The position numbers and the translations under genes were made by a program. Below the pieces are notes generated by a model that saw nothing but the letters and a program-made list of their open reading frames with translations, was not told the DNA's origin and made no database searches. Positions 30,566 through 38,865 of a stretch of DNA of 43,619 nt are shown here, piece by piece (the stretch's first letter is position 1; every line of letters begins with the position of its first letter). Origin of the DNA: Vulcanimicrobiota bacterium (GTDB lineage: Bacteria; Vulcanimicrobiota; Xenobia; Xenobiales; JADMJV01); the NCBI GenBank assembly GCA_022842865.1, contig JALHOV010000001.1, positions 1 through 43,619 on the forward strand, read 5' to 3'.

Positions 30566-31963
30566 TTAGATGTGGGGGTTCGGCACGGGGCGCTTGCCCA
30601 GGATTTCAATTTCCTGGTCCAGCCGGCTGAGAAAGAAATTCTGCAGCCATTCATGGCCTCGGTTCAGATTAGGCAAGCCCTTATCGACACCATACTCCTT
30701 ACCCTGACCACTGACTTTGAGGGCGGCGTAAAGTGCACGAGGCACCACTCCCGCGCCATCTTTCAGGTAATTGCTGGGCATCATTAAATGTCCGCGGTCG
30801 TGGTGAATATTAAAACCGACTAGTTCTACCGTGCCTTTCAGAGCGGGGTCAGAAATATTCTCGACCGCGTCCTTGTACTCACGGTACCAAACTTCGCTGC
30901 GCTTATCCAGCTTCTTTACCTGCTCGGGGCTCATCTGGTTGCGTTCGATGTATTCCTTGCGTTCCACGAAGATACCCGAGTTGTGGCGCACGTCGTGGAG
31001 AAAAAAGTCGCCGCCGGGACGGACGAAGCCATCGGCCGGAATCGGATTATCAGTAACACCCGCCAGATAGATGGGATGATTCATCATACGCATGAAAATG
31101 TCGCCTTCCAGCTCATCCATGGAGGGCAGATTGAGCATCTCCAACTTGTCGGGGTTCTGAAAGCTGTCGACGTATTGCTTTTCCACGCGGTCGTAGCCCT
31201 TGGAGCCGGCCTTGGCCTGGAAGACGCTGAACTCGTTGTCGCGGTAACGGCGGAACTGCTCCTGAATGGTAACGTCTTCGTGTCCCTCGATGTGGCGATC
31301 CACCTCCAGGAAGGCCCGCTGGCCCAGGCTGAGCTTCTCGTGGTCGAAGTGGCCCAGAGCGTAGGAAGCGAAGTGTCCGATTTCCTGGATGCGCTTGTAG
31401 CTGACCTGTCCACCCTCGCTGAGTTGATCCGACTCGTTCTTGAGAGCGTGCAGAAACTCGATTCCGACGCCTCGGTCCTTGATTTTTTCGGTGCGGCCCA
31501 GGGCTGCTGGACTCAAGAAGAAAGTATTTTGCAGCTGCTCCTGCTCGGCTTTGAGGGCTTCGATCTTGCCGCCGATTTTGTCGCCCAGGGTCTTCAAGAA
31601 GGGAACGCCATACTCCGAGAAATCGAAGGAGTAAGGGTCATTAGGAGTGAGCTTCTTCTGCTCATCGAAACGCTGGCTCATCTTGGCCAGAAAAGCATCG
31701 GGGTCTTTCAGAACAAGCGCCAGCCCCGGGTATTTCTTGGCCATCTCTGCGTTGTTGGCTTCGTAGGCCTTCTGCTCTTCGGGCGAGATGGAGAGATCGG
31801 CGGGTGCTTCGAAGCGCAGCGCCTTCATCAGCTTGGGCGACTGGTAGGCCTGGCTGAGGTTGTCGACCGGGTTGTTGTCATTGGCCGACTGCAACGCTCG
31901 GGGCGCCAACGCCTTCAAGCAACTCAAGGGTTTGGTCCACATGGAAATTGCGTTCATAGTCAT
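30566..31963 (-). CDS. Hypothetical protein (465 aa), no signal peptide, lower GC than its neighbours
   Basis: Long ORF with coding-like, Lys/Glu-rich composition. His-rich motifs FLHDVRHNSG and FNIHHDRGH. No family recognised. Confidence 0.6.
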   Translation of the reverse strand: MTMNAISMWTKPLSCLKALAPRALQSANDNNPVDNLSQAYQSPKLMKALRFEAPADLSISPEEQKAYEANNAEMAKKYPGLALVLKDPDAFLAKMSQRFDEQKKLTPNDPYSFDFSEYGVPFLKTLGDKIGGKIEALKAEQEQLQNTFFLSPAALGRTEKIKDRGVGIEFLHALKNESDQLSEGGQVSYKRIQEIGHFASYALGHFDHEKLSLGQRAFLEVDRHIEGHEDVTIQEQFRRYRDNEFSVFQAKAGSKGYDRVEKQYVDSFQNPDKLEMLNLPSMDELEGDIFMRMMNHPIYLAGVTDNPIPADGFVRPGGDFFLHDVRHNSGIFVERKEYIERNQMSPEQVKKLDKRSEVWYREYKDAVENISDPALKGTVELVGFNIHHDRGHLMMPSNYLKDGAGVVPRALYAALKVSGQGKEYGVDKGLPNLNRGHEWLQNFFLSRLDQEIEILGKRPVPNPHI

Positions 31964-32010
31964 CTGCCTCTGCTCTCCTTGGCCCGGCTGATTGCCGTGT
32001 GCTTAAACTA

Positions 32011-32036
32011 AGGATAGCAGGCGGAGGTGATAAAAA
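32011..32036 (-). promoter_or_regulatory. Promoter-like motif, copy B (minus strand TTTTTA-N13-CTATCCT)
   Basis: Plus-strand AGGATAGCAGGCGGAGGTGATAAAAA, 48 nt upstream of ATG 31963. It is 23/26 identical to the copy at 36740..36765. Confidence 0.45.
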
Positions 32037-32140
32037 ACTCATACAGCCTGCCCGAATGTTAACTCCAAGTTAAAGCTTGAAGGCCTTTTTTCCGGCACTC
32101 GCCAGGGCGATTAACGAACGTTTAACTTTACCCGAAAGGC

Positions 32141-32806
32141 TCAGGGGCCGCTATTTTCCAGGCGGACGGCCAGGTTAAGCTGGTGGCGTTCGTTCAGGCC
32201 GGCTTTGTCGGCCTTGCGGCCGCCGCGGCGGGCCAGAGTGACATTGAGCTGCACCACCTTGCTGAGTTCGTCGCTGCTGAGCTGGAAGCTTTCGATATTT
32301 TTAGACAGGACCTGGAGCGAGGAGTACCCAGGGTTAAAGGTCGGGTTATCGCTGAGCAACGCGGACAGGTTGCCCATGGGTCCCTGGTAGGGCGCTCCGG
32401 CTGGTTTGTAGTATTGCTTGGCCAGCAGCCCGGGGTTGGCGCGGGTGGCATAGAGAACCATGTAGCGGTCCCAAAGTGGAGCGGCCGAGCTGGTGTTGAA
32501 CTTGCTGCCGTCGCTCCAGTTTTCCAGGCACGGCAGGCTGAGCGCGTGGCGAGCCACCGTTTGCCCTTCGGGGTTGGTGGTGGTGCGGGTACTGTCGGTT
32601 TCCAGGCCGCCAAAGTCGGAGCGCAGCAATTCCATCCGCACGGCCAGCAACACGCGGCGCCCTTCACTTTCCAGGCCGGCGCGGGCCTGGCCCAACAGAG
32701 CGGCGCGACTGCCCCATTGAAACAGTTCGAAGCAAACCAGCAAGGCCATGCTCAGCACAAAGCAGGCCACCATCACTTCGGCCAGAGTGAAGGCTCTCCG
32801 TTTCAA
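32141..32806 (-). CDS. Pseudopilin (prepilin-type N-terminal cleavage/methylation domain)
   Basis: The TTG start at 32806 gives MKRRAFTLAEVMVACFVLSMALLV and overlaps the upstream TGA (TTGA). The longer track ORF N-terminus was not adopted. Confidence 0.75.
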   Translation of the reverse strand: MKRRAFTLAEVMVACFVLSMALLVCFELFQWGSRAALLGQARAGLESEGRRVLLAVRMELLRSDFGGLETDSTRTTTNPEGQTVARHALSLPCLENWSDGSKFNTSSAAPLWDRYMVLYATRANPGLLAKQYYKPAGAPYQGPMGNLSALLSDNPTFNPGYSSLQVLSKNIESFQLSSDELSKVVQLNVTLARRGGRKADKAGLNERHQLNLAVRLENSGP

Positions 32807-33210
32807 GGGGTCACCAGGCGGCTCACGCTGGCTTCCAGACGCCCCTGACCCTGTCGCCGGCCACCCCGTGGCTGGGTCCACCAAACGTGCACGTCCATGT
32901 AGTAAATGGCGGGTTGACCCGGGGTCACCACCGTGGCACTGGAGCTGAGACGGTAGCTGAACTCCTGGGCAGCGCGGGCGTCGTGGGTATAGAGAGACAC
33001 TTTCCCATCCAGGGGTGGCGGATCGAAATTGCTGGCGCGGATGGCCTCTTCCAAGATCGAATCGGCCAGCTGCAAACCCGCCGAGCTATCGCCCGATTTG
33101 TCAGCACTGCCCAGCAGACGAAGAAATAGAAATCCCAGAGCCACTATCATCAAGGCGATCAACCCCAGAGCCAGCACCGTCTCCAGAAGTGAGAAAGCCC
33201 GGCGCCTCAT
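32803..33210 (-). CDS. Pseudopilin (prepilin-type N-terminal cleavage/methylation domain)
   Basis: MRRRAFSLLETVLALGLIALMIVALGF. The ATG overlaps the upstream stop (ATGA). Confidence 0.8.
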   Translation of the reverse strand: MRRRAFSLLETVLALGLIALMIVALGFLFLRLLGSADKSGDSSAGLQLADSILEEAIRASNFDPPPLDGKVSLYTHDARAAQEFSYRLSSSATVVTPGQPAIYYMDVHVWWTQPRGGRRQGQGRLEASVSRLVTP

Positions 33211-35414
33211 TCGCTCCAGAAGAACACGGGCACCAGTCCCAGCCGGCTCAACTCGAATTGCTCCTCCACCAGGCTGGGGTCAAAAACAAATTTCCCTTTC
33301 TGCAAATGCTCAAAACCAATGTTCCCTTTCGCAATCATGGCGCCAAACAAATTAAAGGTATTGTGAATACTGGCAAACAAATTGTCTTCAGAATAGAGAA
33401 GCCCCCCGAAAATGAGCTCTTGAAAGCTGCCCAGGTAAGGATCCAAGGCCGACACCGCCAGGTTCTGCATGTAATCGCCCAGGGTACGACCGTCGTTGCG
33501 AGCGTCCTGGTCGTAAGCCTGCACCTGATTGAGAATCGCGGCCGTGATCAAGTCGTCGTTGCTCGAATAGGTGGGGTCGAAAGCATCCAGAAGGTCGGTC
33601 CTGGGGGACCCCAGATCGACCGACTTGAGGAATTCACGGATGCGCAGGTAGTTGCCCAGAGTGAGCGGCACCGGATTGCCATCGGAATCGATGGTGTGCT
33701 CATCAATGAAGCGAGCAACCAGGTCCTGGCCGTTGATGGAAAGGAAGTCAGGCGGACGGACGCCCGGGTTGTGCACGGAAAGGGGAATCTGCTCGAGGGG
33801 AATGCCACCGAAAGAAGCCTGGGGCTTGGGATTGCCGTAATCCACCGGTTGATTGCGCAGGCCGGGAGCACCGAAACGGTCGACCGATCCTACCATGGTC
33901 AGGCGAGCGCTGGTGCTGGACTGGTGGAATTGGTCGAACAGGTCGGCCGAGGCAGGATGATTGTATTCAGAAAGGATCGCCGTTTGAAAAAGCGGTAGAT
34001 CGTTGGGAGCCATATAGGCGGGCAGCGAAATGGCCGTGCTGTTGACTTCGGAAAACTTGGCCACTCCTTGAGTGACCACGGCCATGCCATCGGTACGCGT
34101 CGAGGACATGAAGCTGTTACCCATCACGTTCAGGTTACCGCCCTGCCCGTTGTTCTTATTGACGAAAATCTGACCGTTGCCGACCAGATCGCCCACGACC
34201 GTAAGATCGCCACTCACGGTCAGGCGATCTTTGGGATCCTGGGCGGCCTTGGGAATGCCGCTCGCGTCATAACCAATGCCCAGGCTGATGATGGTGGGTT
34301 CGGGCTCCGAAGTGCTGTAGTGGGGCTCTGCTGGCGGTACGTTGACCCAGGTGCTGCGCGGAACCATCCCTTCCACCGTCAAGTTGCCCGCCACTTCGAC
34401 GTTGCCGAGCGGAATGAAGCGGAAGTCGCGCAGAGCCACTTTGTCGGTGAGGTCGGGCGAACCGCCGTTGCCGTTCTGGTCCTTGTAGGTCACCTGATCG
34501 GGAGCCACAAAAGTGTAAGTGCCGGCCGGGATGGTCTTGGGCGCTTCCTGAGGTTGCACCAGTTTATCGGGGGTGAAGGGCTGGTTGCTCTGGCTGCCAG
34601 TACGGATCTTGGCCTGCATCTGGGTGGATGCAGCGGCCGTGGCGGTGGGGTTGTTTTGCAATGCCGTTCCCGGAGTTGTGACCAAAAAGTCACCCAAGGA
34701 ATCAAAAGAGACCGAGGCATTGACGGCCACGTCGCCCCCCGAATGGATCGATCCGTTGCCGCCGTGAAATTTGACCTGGCTGATATTGGGAAAAACGACC
34801 TGGTTCTGGGCTTTGACCACGTTGCCGCGCGGCAGGCTGCTGGCGAACTGCATGACGTCCCCGGTAGCGCCGTTGGGCACATCCACGGCCACGCTCTCGC
34901 CAGCCGAGAGGGAATTGGTGAGCAGCGAACCCTTGGCCAGCAGGGCTTCGATATGCCGCTGGGAACCTTCGTAGTTGGCCTCCACCAACACCAGGGCACA
35001 GTGCGGGGCAACCTTGACCTTGGTTCGGCTCCATTCAGGAGCATCCAGCGCGGCCAGACCCTTGAGGTTGTTGAGGACCTGCACGCGAAATTGCCCCCCG
35101 GTGGCTTTGTCCTCTCCCCTGACCAAATTCGTGGACGCGCTGTTGCCCTGCTCCAAGATGCGCAGGTGGCTGTCATCGAGGGTGGTGGCGTTTCCGAAGG
35201 CTCCTTTGGACCAGCCCGGCTGTTGAGCCAGCCGCGCCCGCGCGTAGTCCAATCCGGAGTAGGCAGTTTTGAGGAGAACCTGGCGACGCCGCAGTTGTTC
35301 CCCGGAAATCAGGTTGCCCCGTGTGGCAACGACTAAGGAGGCGCTCAGCATGGCTAAAACGGTCACAGCCATGAGCACCGTGATCAAGGCAACCCCCCGG
35401 TTTGCTCTCGCCAT
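33207..35414 (-). CDS. Large GspK/PilX-like minor pseudopilin (735 aa)
   Basis: The N-terminus MARANRGVALITVLMAVTVLAMLSASL matches the GspK-type leader (RGVALITVL). It is followed by a long Gly/Asn/Thr-rich extracellular region. Confidence 0.65.
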   Translation of the reverse strand: MARANRGVALITVLMAVTVLAMLSASLVVATRGNLISGEQLRRRQVLLKTAYSGLDYARARLAQQPGWSKGAFGNATTLDDSHLRILEQGNSASTNLVRGEDKATGGQFRVQVLNNLKGLAALDAPEWSRTKVKVAPHCALVLVEANYEGSQRHIEALLAKGSLLTNSLSAGESVAVDVPNGATGDVMQFASSLPRGNVVKAQNQVVFPNISQVKFHGGNGSIHSGGDVAVNASVSFDSLGDFLVTTPGTALQNNPTATAAASTQMQAKIRTGSQSNQPFTPDKLVQPQEAPKTIPAGTYTFVAPDQVTYKDQNGNGGSPDLTDKVALRDFRFIPLGNVEVAGNLTVEGMVPRSTWVNVPPAEPHYSTSEPEPTIISLGIGYDASGIPKAAQDPKDRLTVSGDLTVVGDLVGNGQIFVNKNNGQGGNLNVMGNSFMSSTRTDGMAVVTQGVAKFSEVNSTAISLPAYMAPNDLPLFQTAILSEYNHPASADLFDQFHQSSTSARLTMVGSVDRFGAPGLRNQPVDYGNPKPQASFGGIPLEQIPLSVHNPGVRPPDFLSINGQDLVARFIDEHTIDSDGNPVPLTLGNYLRIREFLKSVDLGSPRTDLLDAFDPTYSSNDDLITAAILNQVQAYDQDARNDGRTLGDYMQNLAVSALDPYLGSFQELIFGGLLYSEDNLFASIHNTFNLFGAMIAKGNIGFEHLQKGKFVFDPSLVEEQFELSRLGLVPVFFWSE

Positions 35415-35476
35415 ACTACCCCTTCATTTCAGGATCTACCCCCTGGTTTCTGGCACTGGACCGATTGGTCCTGCTT

Positions 35477-36541
35477 TCAGCGATTGCTGTAAAACTGTCG
35501 CACCCGAGTCGGATCCAGCTCGGTATAGCCAGCGTGCTGGTCGGTCAGCTGGTTGCGCATGAGATTTTCAACCTGGGCGCTGCTCAGCATAGGATTGCGG
35601 CGGTGCAGCTCAGCCATGACACCGGAAACGCGCGGAGCGGCGAAGCTGGTGCCCACGGACGGGGAAGTCTGGCCGGGAGCCAGGTTGTTGGTGGGCGCCA
35701 TTCCCTCGGCGTAAACGATGTTGCCGCGCTCCTCGGCGCTAAAGCCGGAGCGGCCGATGCCGCGCATGCTGGCGCCCACGGCAGTGACGTCCTCGGTGAC
35801 GTTAAAGCTGCGCTGGAAATCCCCCGGCACTTTGACGCCGGGGTGAATTCCCACTGCGCCGGTGTTGGCCACGGCCACCACCACCGAGTTGTGTTGACCC
35901 TCGAAGCGCTTGACTGCCTGACGGTAGTCACGGCTGGCGCGGGCCACCTCCGGGTTGTTGTCGAGCGCCTGGTTGGTGGTGTTCACCAGGCCCTGCTGAA
36001 GTTTGAGCATTTCCGGGCCGGAAACGTTGGGGTCGGGCGACTGCAGCTTGACCCGGTCGACTCCGTAGGCGCGGCTGGCATTGTCAAACGATTGGGGCGA
36101 ATGGAACATGCGGCCAATCATCACGCGCACCACGTCGGCTTTGTTGAGGCCGCCGGAAATGTTCATCACCGAGTTTTTGACGCCGGCCTTGCTCTGCTGG
36201 TTGAGGGAGTCCGTGTAGGCTTGTAGCGACCCGCTGACGAGCTCGGTGGCATCCTTGCGCAAGGCCACCCGGGCCTGCTCGGGGGTCAGTTTCTTCTGGT
36301 CGAGCAAGGGGGCAGAACCCGCTCGGAATTGCGGTTCGGTCCGCGTGATGGGACCGCCGAAGCCGGACTCGCGCACGGTTCGGTTGACTAGCGACCCGTG
36401 TCCTTCGTAGCGGTCGTTGCAGTCGAAGCCGCCGTCGAGAACAATGACGGAGCCGGGCCGAGTGGGTGCGGTGGTGGTGCCGTTGCTATTGCGGCAGACG
36501 GCGGGAATCTGAGGAACCTTGCTAATATCCATCGATTTCAT
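35477..36541 (-). CDS. Subtilisin-like serine peptidase (S8 family), no obvious signal peptide
   Basis: Catalytic Asp (VIVLDGGFD), His (YEGHGSLV), oxyanion Asn (VAVANTG) and Ser (GTSFAAPRVSGVMAEL). ATG 36541 was chosen; TTG 36550 and ATG 36532 are also possible. Confidence 0.8.
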   Translation of the reverse strand: MKSMDISKVPQIPAVCRNSNGTTTAPTRPGSVIVLDGGFDCNDRYEGHGSLVNRTVRESGFGGPITRTEPQFRAGSAPLLDQKKLTPEQARVALRKDATELVSGSLQAYTDSLNQQSKAGVKNSVMNISGGLNKADVVRVMIGRMFHSPQSFDNASRAYGVDRVKLQSPDPNVSGPEMLKLQQGLVNTTNQALDNNPEVARASRDYRQAVKRFEGQHNSVVVAVANTGAVGIHPGVKVPGDFQRSFNVTEDVTAVGASMRGIGRSGFSAEERGNIVYAEGMAPTNNLAPGQTSPSVGTSFAAPRVSGVMAELHRRNPMLSSAQVENLMRNQLTDQHAGYTELDPTRVRQFYSNR

Positions 36542-36637
36542 TGTGAGCAATTAGCGTTGCCTTAACGTTAATTGAGACTCCACCTTATTAATCCAATGTT
36601 AAATTCTAGACACGATTCCATTCGGAACTTTTGCCAC

Positions 36638-36685
36638 GAAAAACAAAATAAGCCTTTAGAAATGCTACTAACATTTCTAAAGGCT
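36638..36685 (-). terminator. Strong intrinsic terminator in the 5' region of the S8 gene
   Basis: Perfect 14-bp stem AGCCTTTAGAAATG / CATTTCTAAAGGCT with a 7-nt loop. On the minus strand it is followed by TATTTTGTTTTT. Confidence 0.75.
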
Positions 36686-36739
36686 CGGTGCAGGTTCGCT
36701 TCCCTTGGAACATTGCCGCTGTTGCGGTCCTTGAAATAG

Positions 36740-36765
36740 AGAATAGCCGGCCGAGGTGATAAAAA
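36740..36765 (-). promoter_or_regulatory. Promoter-like motif, copy A (minus strand TTTTTA-N13-CTATTCT)
   Basis: Plus-strand AGAATAGCCGGCCGAGGTGATAAAAA, about 55 nt upstream (minus sense) of the terminator hairpin and about 190 nt upstream of the S8 start. Confidence 0.45.
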
Positions 36766-36812
36766 GGTGGTGAAGCCAGGGTTTTTGTGAACAGGTTGTG
36801 AACTTTGTTGGG

Positions 36813-37502
36813 ATGAAGTTACGATGGCTTTTGTGGGTTGCACTGACCGGGGTGGCTGTGGCCCAGGACACCTCCCACCTCCTCTGGATCATGCCCACGG
36901 CCAGCGGCGTGGCCACGCTGCAAGCCGAGGCTTCCGGCGCGGTGCGAGTGGCCCGGGCGCAGCAGCTCGAAAGCGGCTGCTGGCGGCTGCAACCCGTTCA
37001 GGGGGGCTATCACGTATTGTGCAGCGCCTTTGGCGGAAAGCGCGGCTTGAGTCTGCGCCAGGGCAAGCCCTACCTGGCCCAGGGGCCGGGGGAGCGCTGG
37101 CAAATCCGGCAGTCGAGCGCCGGCGTCTTCCACTTGCAGTGCGCCAAAGGCCGCCTGGGGAACCACGACTGGACGCTCTGGAGCCGCCAGCGCCTGGACC
37201 GGCGCCCCGAGCCGGGCAACTATCTTCGCTCCGACTTGGGGCAGTATTGGCGGGTTTTGCGTAACGATCTGGCAGGCCGCTCCGAGCCCAGGCCCAGCGC
37301 CCCGGTCGTGAAAAAATTCCGCCGCGACACGGTGTTCCTGGCGGACTGGGGGCGCGGCGGCTCGGATGAAGTGCTCTGGAACGAGGTGGACGAAAACGGC
37401 AACACCTGGCTCAAAGTGAAAGACCGAAAGGGAAATCCTTGCAATTGCTACGTGCGGGCCAACTCGACCTGGCTCAAGCCTTTCGACCTGGACAACCTTT
37501 AA
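36813..37502 (+). CDS. Secreted hypothetical protein
   Basis: Start chosen at MKLRWLLWVALTGVAVAQ (signal peptide). No confident domain. Confidence 0.55.
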   Translation: MKLRWLLWVALTGVAVAQDTSHLLWIMPTASGVATLQAEASGAVRVARAQQLESGCWRLQPVQGGYHVLCSAFGGKRGLSLRQGKPYLAQGPGERWQIRQSSAGVFHLQCAKGRLGNHDWTLWSRQRLDRRPEPGNYLRSDLGQYWRVLRNDLAGRSEPRPSAPVVKKFRRDTVFLADWGRGGSDEVLWNEVDENGNTWLKVKDRKGNPCNCYVRANSTWLKPFDLDNL

Positions 37503-38164
37503 TCTAAGTAACCGACGTAGTCCTTGTCCTTGAAGGCCATGGGCACCCAGTTGTTGCCGTCGCGTGCGAAACAGGTGACCTGCTCGACGTGGGTGCGACT
37601 GACGACCTGCGGCTCTTCGAAAGTGGCCACCGTGCCGGCTGGCGTTTCGGCGCTACCGATCTGGACGCGGGCGGGATCGACCTTGGTGTAGTGGTAGGCG
37701 GTGTATTCGACCGCACCCTCGTGTTCATAGTGTTCTTTGGTGCTGATGTTGTGGAATTTCTCGGTGTTCCAGAGCGTCTCGGCGTGCTTAGGCAACTTCT
37801 TGCCGCCTCGCAGGGTGGCCATCTCCTTGGGCGGTCCGCCAATAGTGGTGACTTCGCGTTTCTGGATCTTGCCATCGGCAGCCTGGAAAACGTAGCTGCG
37901 GCGGTCTCGCCAGTAGCCGAGGCATTCGCCCCGCTCTTTGGCCGGGGTGGCTTCGAGAAACTTCTTGAGGTCATCCACGTTCTTGAGAGGCCGCCAGCTG
38001 TCGGATTGGCTGGAGTCGCGCACGACCAGCACGGGTTCGTGGGCGGCCACCTGACCGTCGCAGTCGCGATCGAGTTTGAGGACGGGTTCCCCGGTGACGG
38101 TCTTGGCATTGACCAGATAACTGGCCTTAAAGCCTTGCAATTCGTTCAGGCGTGTGTTGATCAT
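37499..38164 (-). CDS. Hypothetical protein (221 aa), no signal peptide
   Basis: Coding-like, Lys/Glu-rich ORF. The promoter-like motif lies 37 nt upstream. Confidence 0.55.
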   Translation of the reverse strand: MINTRLNELQGFKASYLVNAKTVTGEPVLKLDRDCDGQVAAHEPVLVVRDSSQSDSWRPLKNVDDLKKFLEATPAKERGECLGYWRDRRSYVFQAADGKIQKREVTTIGGPPKEMATLRGGKKLPKHAETLWNTEKFHNISTKEHYEHEGAVEYTAYHYTKVDPARVQIGSAETPAGTVATFEEPQVVSRTHVEQVTCFARDGNNWVPMAFKDKDYVGYLD

Positions 38165-38200
38165 GTGGTTGAAGGTCCCAAAGAAAGATTATTTCTTTTA

Positions 38201-38226
38201 AGAATAGTCGAAGGACCCAGAAAAAA
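38201..38226 (-). promoter_or_regulatory. Promoter-like motif, copy C (minus strand TTTTTT-N13-CTATTCT)
   Basis: Plus-strand AGAATAGTCGAAGGACCCAGAAAAAA, 37 nt upstream of ATG 38164. It shares the outer blocks and the 13-nt spacing with copies A and B. Confidence 0.35.
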
Positions 38227-38238
38227 TCCTGAAAAGAC

Positions 38239-38865
38239 GTGGATATGAGTTATCGCAAAGCCGCTCAGTGGATCGATGAGCAATTTCAGTTAGACGATCC
38301 CCAGCAAGCCCTACACAACGCGCTCGGGGAGCTGGAACTGGTGCCTCCGCGCAAGCGGGACGCAGACTGGCACTACCTGCGCGGCTTCTGCTGCTACGAC
38401 CTGGGACAGGCCGAGGAGGCCGAGCGCGAATTTCGCACCTCTCTGCTACTCCAGCCGGAACAACGCTGGGCTGTTCTTTACCTGGGTCAAACGCTCTTCG
38501 ACCGGGGAGAGTATGCCGAAGCCCTCCCCTACTTCCAGCGAGCCCGCCTCGAGCAACCCTGGCGCGTTCTGAAGAATCAGGAAATGATGCTGTGCTGTCG
38601 CCTCTACACCCAGAGCCGACTGCCGAATATCCAGTTGCTTCGCGACCTGGTCGAGCTTTTCGAAAAGCATCCGAAGGATGCCCCGGAACCGACCGATATG
38701 GTGCTCTGCCTCGACCGCCTGCAGGAGCGCATCCCGGTCAAGCGCCGGGCCGAGTGGTGGGAATGCCTGCAGCGACTGGTTAAGGTCGGCGGCGGCTCAG
38801 GCCTGCAGCCCGTCATGGACCGTCTCGAAGCCAGCCTCGCGCCAACCGTCCAGGCCTCCAAGTAA
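38239..38865 (+). CDS. TPR-like hypothetical protein
   Basis: TPR-like helical pairs: GQAEEAEREFRTSLLLQPEQRWAVLYLGQTLFDRGEYAEALPYFQRA. Confidence 0.55.
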   Translation: MDMSYRKAAQWIDEQFQLDDPQQALHNALGELELVPPRKRDADWHYLRGFCCYDLGQAEEAEREFRTSLLLQPEQRWAVLYLGQTLFDRGEYAEALPYFQRARLEQPWRVLKNQEMMLCCRLYTQSRLPNIQLLRDLVELFEKHPKDAPEPTDMVLCLDRLQERIPVKRRAEWWECLQRLVKVGGGSGLQPVMDRLEASLAPTVQASK

